Notes under the pieces: model-generated
The model's database searches: none
Told to the model about the DNA's origin: nothing
What the model saw: only the letters and a program-made list of their open reading frames with translations
Origin: Planctomycetota bacterium
GTDB taxonomy: Bacteria > Planctomycetota > UBA11346
Direction of reading: 5' to 3'
DNA: 37,824 bases
Assembly: GCA_947470885.1 (NCBI GenBank)
Contig: CANIXE010000001.1
Span: 1 to 37,824, forward strand
Position numbers and translations under genes: made by a program
In this document: positions 34,559 through 37,824 of the stretch, in pieces
Numbering within the stretch: position 1 is the stretch's first letter
How the letters are laid out: the number at the start of each line of letters is the position of its first letter

Positions 34559-35290
34559 GCGGAGATGCCCATGTGACACAAACCCCATGGCGGCCAGGCC
34601 CCGATGCCATCCTTCGGATTATTCCCCGGAATGCGTTGACTGGCGGTATCAGGCGCTGAACGAAGCCTTGGAATCGGGTCGCCTGACAGCAATCACGTAT
34701 CACGCCGATTGGAGAAAAAGCCCCGGGTGGCATTTGCGCCGTTTCGCGGCTCCGTCGCAGAATTACACTTGGTTGCCACCTGAACACCGCCACGGCTTCC
34801 TGGGCCCACAAGGTGACTTCGAAGTCCCCAGAGATTGATCCTCAATAAGGCAGTTGATTTGGCCATTTGCAGAATCTCCGCTGTATTTGTTAAGTCTTTG
34901 CCTCGACGGTTGTTTCACCCAAATGGTGGGTCTGGAAACGCACGTGGTGCGCACCTGCTGCGTTTTCCAGGTTGATGACTCGATGGCCTATGCCGACATA
35001 CCTGGCTGTAGAACATCTCCAGGTGCACCAGTATCGTTCCCCTGGCGACACCCTGGTGGACAACGCTCGGTCGAACAATGGGAGGTTCTCCGAATACAGT
35101 CAATTTTCGCTGCCCACATAATCGACGTCAGTAGGGCATCGGCGGCTGATGGAGATGCAAGACGTCGACATACCCACCCGAAAGTCTGGGGGCAGGGCAT
35201 CAAGGACGACCCATCCACGACCAGCCCAGACAAGTCCGCGGTCATCACAGGGCAACCACGACACCGGGGGCGAATCAGGAGACCTGGAAC

Positions 35291-35336
35291 AGAAAAGGAC
35301 AAACTCGCGGTACCGGGTGGTACCGCGAGTTTGTCC
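35291..35336 (-). terminator. Intrinsic terminator after tRNA-Ser(TGA)
   Basis: An 18-bp perfect stem, GGACAAACTCGCGGTACC / GGTACCGCGAGTTTGTCC, is followed by TTTTCT on the minus strand. Confidence 0.8.
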
Positions 35337-35348
35337 AACAATTCCAAT

Positions 35349-35438
35349 TGGCGGAGGCGGAGGGATTCGAACCCCCGGAACCATCGCTGGCTCGCTGGTT
35401 TTCAAAACCAGTGCTATCGACCACTCTGCCACGCCTCC
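35349..35438 (-). tRNA. tRNA-Ser (anticodon TGA), long variable arm, CCA encoded
   Basis: 90 nt. Acceptor GGAGGCG/CGCCTCC, anticodon stem CTGGT/ACCAG with loop TTTGAAA, long variable arm, and T loop GTTCGAATC. Confidence 0.9.
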
Positions 35439-35539
35439 GTGACCAAGACGCCGGGATGCTACATGCCTTCACCGGCACGCAAACGGGACAACAGTTGCGC
35501 TCTCCATCGTCTTGTTATCCTCCCAACCCCCAATCGTGG

Positions 35540-35629
35540 GGAAAGGTGGCAGAGCGGCCGAATGCGGCGGTTTCGAAAACCGCTAGTGTCGAAAGGCACT
35601 CGGGGGTTCGAATCCCCCCCTTTCCGCCA
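35540..35629 (+). tRNA. tRNA-Ser (anticodon CGA), long variable arm, CCA encoded
   Basis: 90 nt. Acceptor GGAAAGG/CCTTTCC, anticodon stem GCGGT/ACCGC with loop TTCGAAA, long variable arm, and T arm GGGGG TTCGAAT CCCCC. Confidence 0.9.
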
Positions 35630-35647
35630 AATGGATGTGCGGATGTG

Positions 35648-35678
35648 GACCCCTGGCGCAGGCCAGGGGTCTTTTTTT
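35648..35678 (+). terminator. Intrinsic terminator after tRNA-Ser(CGA)
   Basis: The GACCCCTGGC GCAG GCCAGGGGTC hairpin is followed by T7. Confidence 0.85.
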
Positions 35679-35947
35679 GTCAATTTGCGGATTTTTTTCG
35701 TGATTTCGCAGGCAGTTGACCTGGCGCCGATTTCGTCCACGGGATCGTACCAGCTTGACCCCGAGGTTCCCTGGAACAGTCCTGACACCCTACCCTGGAA
35801 CCTCTGGAGTAACCCTCGCAGCGGTATCCGTCCATCTGCGTCTAAACCTGGAATCTCATGTCCGGGAATCTTCCAGAACCGGGATCCCTGGCCCACCGCG
35901 CGGCAGGATGGATCAGGACCTTTCCGCGGTTAGCGATCGGTTTTTGC

Positions 35948-36643
35948 TCAGGTTCGACGATGGGCCAGGATGCGGGCGTCGGTGATCTGCTGGGCCACGA
36001 CCTGCAGCCGTTCCGCCAGATCGGCGGGGCGGTGTTCCTCCAGGTTGCCGATGAAGGCCAAGCCGGCGATGGGTGGCAGGCCTTTGCCACCGAAGATGGG
36101 CACCGCCACCGACCGGTGGACCGCCTCCGAATCCGGATTGACGGCATATCCCAATTTCCGGGCCTTGGAGCGCACCGCGGCGGAATTCACCGGATTCGCC
36201 GGTTCCAGGTGGGCCTCTAGGATCAGACCAATACTGGATTTATTGGCGGGATACGGGGTGTAATCCCGCAGGCCGGCATCCAGAGTCTCGCCGGGTTCGG
36301 CATGGAGCAGGTAACAGACATCCCCCCGCCAGAGGACGCCAATGGCCAGGCCCAGGCCCGGCCGCTCGACCTCGCGGAGGATCGGCATGGCGATGGCCAA
36401 CAGACCCGAACCCTGCAGGCACTGGGCGGCCAAAACGTGGATGCCCGGTCCGGGGAGATACTGACGGGAGGAATCCTGTTCTGCCAGACCGATGTCCCGG
36501 AGGGTCCCCAGCAGGCGATTGGCCCGGGTTGGCTCCCAGCCCAGGGTACGGGCGGCGTCCAGGGTTCCCAGGCGACCGGTGGAGCACAAGAGACCGAGGA
36601 GGAGGATCCCATCGGCGAGGGACTGGTTAGGCTGGGCGGGCAT
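35948..36643 (-). CDS. IclR-family transcriptional regulator
   Basis: 231 aa with an N-terminal wHTH (SLADGILLLGLLCSTGRLGTLDAARTLGWEPTRANRLLGTLRDIGL) and an IclR effector-binding domain layout. Confidence 0.75.
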   Translation of the reverse strand: MPAQPNQSLADGILLLGLLCSTGRLGTLDAARTLGWEPTRANRLLGTLRDIGLAEQDSSRQYLPGPGIHVLAAQCLQGSGLLAIAMPILREVERPGLGLAIGVLWRGDVCYLLHAEPGETLDAGLRDYTPYPANKSSIGLILEAHLEPANPVNSAAVRSKARKLGYAVNPDSEAVHRSVAVPIFGGKGLPPIAGLAFIGNLEEHRPADLAERLQVVAQQITDARILAHRRT

Positions 36644-36693
36644 GGCGCGAGCCTTGCCCGCCGTTGCATGAAAGCAATGCGTCTGGAGCGGGA

Positions 36694-37596
36694 TCAGCGA
36701 CCGTTGATGCCCAGGGCGCGCTCCACTTCGGCGGCTTTTTCCCGGGCCATGAACAACTGATAGCGGGCGCCCGCCAAGTCTTCGGCTTTCACCAGGAAAT
36801 AAGCCACCAAGGCATGCTGATCTGGGGTATTCTCCCGGCAGCAGGCCAGGGCCAACCCCGCCTGGTCCCCCGGGGACAATTCACACCATTCCCGGGTTTC
36901 CGGATCGCCGGTGAGAAATTTCACCGTCATCACTCCATCTTCCGTCAGTTCCTGGAGTTTGGGTGGAATGAATGCGGGATCCACGCCCATCGTTACGGTT
37001 TTCCGGGCCGTCAGGGCCGAGCGGATCGCCTGACGCAACCGGCGGGTCCAGGGATCCACCAGGGGATTATCCGCCGGGCCAGCTGCCGGTTTTTCGGCGG
37101 GGTCCTTGGGCACATTCTGCTTGCCGTCCTTACCCTCGACGGATTTGCCTTCGGATTTCCCAACGCCTTTCTTGTTTTTCGTCAGCGTCACCTTGGGGAA
37201 GGAGGCGGGGAACGGGGCGATGGCGGCGGTGTAGGCCTGGATCGCCAGGGCCGTGAACTGTTTCTTGGTCCAGAACAGGTTTTCCTGGACTATTTGCGCC
37301 AAGTCTGGGTCCGGATCCGCCACCAACAGCCGCCGGGCCAACTCGAAATCCACCGCGGCCTGGACGATGGCCTGGCGTTCCACCATCTTCCCGGCCCGGG
37401 CCTGGTCGACGGCCACCTTGCCCCGTTCCAGCAAGTCCATGGCCTGGAGCTTGAGGATCTTCGCCGTCACCGGCTTGCCCGCCACCGGCTTGCCATTGGC
37501 CAAGGTACCCCCCGGCTTGATCAGGGCATCAGCACCCGTGGCGGCGGACCCCAAGACCAGCATGACCAGGACGGGGACAAGAACGGGGGACGACAT
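36694..37596 (-). CDS. Hypothetical secreted protein with a central Lys-rich linker
   Basis: 300 aa with a signal peptide (MSSPVLVPVLVMLVLGSAATGADA). AGGA lies upstream of ATG 37596. GC3 is typical of local genes. No family recognised. Confidence 0.6.
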   Translation of the reverse strand: MSSPVLVPVLVMLVLGSAATGADALIKPGGTLANGKPVAGKPVTAKILKLQAMDLLERGKVAVDQARAGKMVERQAIVQAAVDFELARRLLVADPDPDLAQIVQENLFWTKKQFTALAIQAYTAAIAPFPASFPKVTLTKNKKGVGKSEGKSVEGKDGKQNVPKDPAEKPAAGPADNPLVDPWTRRLRQAIRSALTARKTVTMGVDPAFIPPKLQELTEDGVMTVKFLTGDPETREWCELSPGDQAGLALACCRENTPDQHALVAYFLVKAEDLAGARYQLFMAREKAAEVERALGINGR

Positions 37597-37696
37597 GGGC
37601 GGTCCTGGGATCGGCGACGGGGCGGTGGGGCGAGAATAAATGATGTGAACGCTCCACTTTTTGCCACTGCAGGCAGGCCCATCCCCCGGGGGAGAT

Positions 37697-37799
37697 CAGG
37701 GCGCCGCAATGGAACGCTGGATGTCCATGACGGATCTCTCTTTGCGGCGCCAGTCCGGTCGTCCACACCTGCAAATTTCAACGGGGTTTTCCATTGAGC
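37697..37799 (-). repeat. Structured intergenic repeat, copy C (short variant upstream of the 36694-37596 gene)
   Basis: Its clamp hairpin (37700-37709 / 37742-37751) differs from copy A at only 3 predicted unpaired positions. One arm unit GTCCGGTCGTCC lies at 37753-37764. A shortened 5' module retains the CTCAATG..GTTGAA helix. Confidence 0.75.
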
Positions 37800-37824
37800 G
37801 CTTGATTTCAACCTAAATGCCGCA

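Noticed and set aside
34587-34838. A possible 83-aa ORF (MAARPRCHPSDYSPECVDWRYQALNEALESGRL..) divergent from the phosphatase gene.
   Set aside because: It has no RBS and no recognisable family. Its GC3 is only moderate, and it overlaps the possible upstream start of the phosphatase gene. It is kept only as a note within the low-GC region finding.
35178-35231. A string resembling the RNase P RNA P4/P5 region: GAAAGTCTGGGGGCAGGGC..CCACGACCAG, compared with E. coli GGAAAGTCCGGGC..GGGCAGGGT..CCACGACCAG.
   Set aside because: Only about 55 nt resemble M1 RNA. The 3' P4 strand (ACAGAACCCGGCTTA-like) is absent. A full 350-400-nt RNase P RNA cannot fit before the tRNA-Ser terminator and gene at 35291-35438. 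It is probably a chance match or a fragment; an Rfam scan would settle it.
35700-35830. Repeated CCCTGGAAC and TTGACC motifs downstream of tRNA-Ser(CGA), considered as a possible att site or operator array.
   Set aside because: These are only short (6-9 nt) matches with irregular spacing. No duplicate of the tRNA 3' end is found elsewhere in the window to mark an island boundary.
34854-35933. A 359-aa plus-strand ORF.
   Set aside because: It runs through both tRNA-Ser genes and two terminators, and shows no protein family features.

Overview
This is a 37.8-kb, high-GC chromosomal segment. Gene content points to a Planctomycetota/Verrucomicrobiota (PVC)-type genome: a PSCyt1 'planctomycete cytochrome c' domain, a PATR/FN3 surface protein, a GldA/F/G-like ABC system with a DUF4340 partner, and many Lys/Ala/Glu/Pro low-complexity tracts. 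I support about 30 CDS, mostly housekeeping or metabolic. They include pfkA, acs, tpx, anmK, a nagB-family gene, tex, an FAD/Fe-S oxidase, a GH20-like hydrolase, a NarX-like histidine kinase, an MCP, and LysR, IclR and XRE regulators. There are three tRNAs (His-GTG, Ser-TGA, Ser-CGA) and several clear intrinsic terminators. I see no CRISPR array, transposase, recombinase, reverse transcriptase or recognisable defence gene. The most unusual signal is non-coding: a structured intergenic repeat family I cannot place in any known class. It has two ~94%-identical copies of 165-173 nt in inverted orientation bracketing a self-contained HTH/histone-H1-like gene cassette. A shorter variant lies upstream of a secreted-protein gene, and an arm-only fragment lies upstream of a NUDIX gene. 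Copies A, C and D all point toward the downstream gene. Copy B is an orphan that points into the 3' end of a convergent gene. Secondary observations include a ~80-aa charged repeat insertion inside PfkA, a lower-GC tRNA-Ser-adjacent stretch with ~0.75 kb of unassigned non-coding DNA, a Cys/Gly-type C-terminal sorting signal, and a DUF4340-FKBP fusion. All calls rest on manual reading of the sequence and ORF track; no database search was run.
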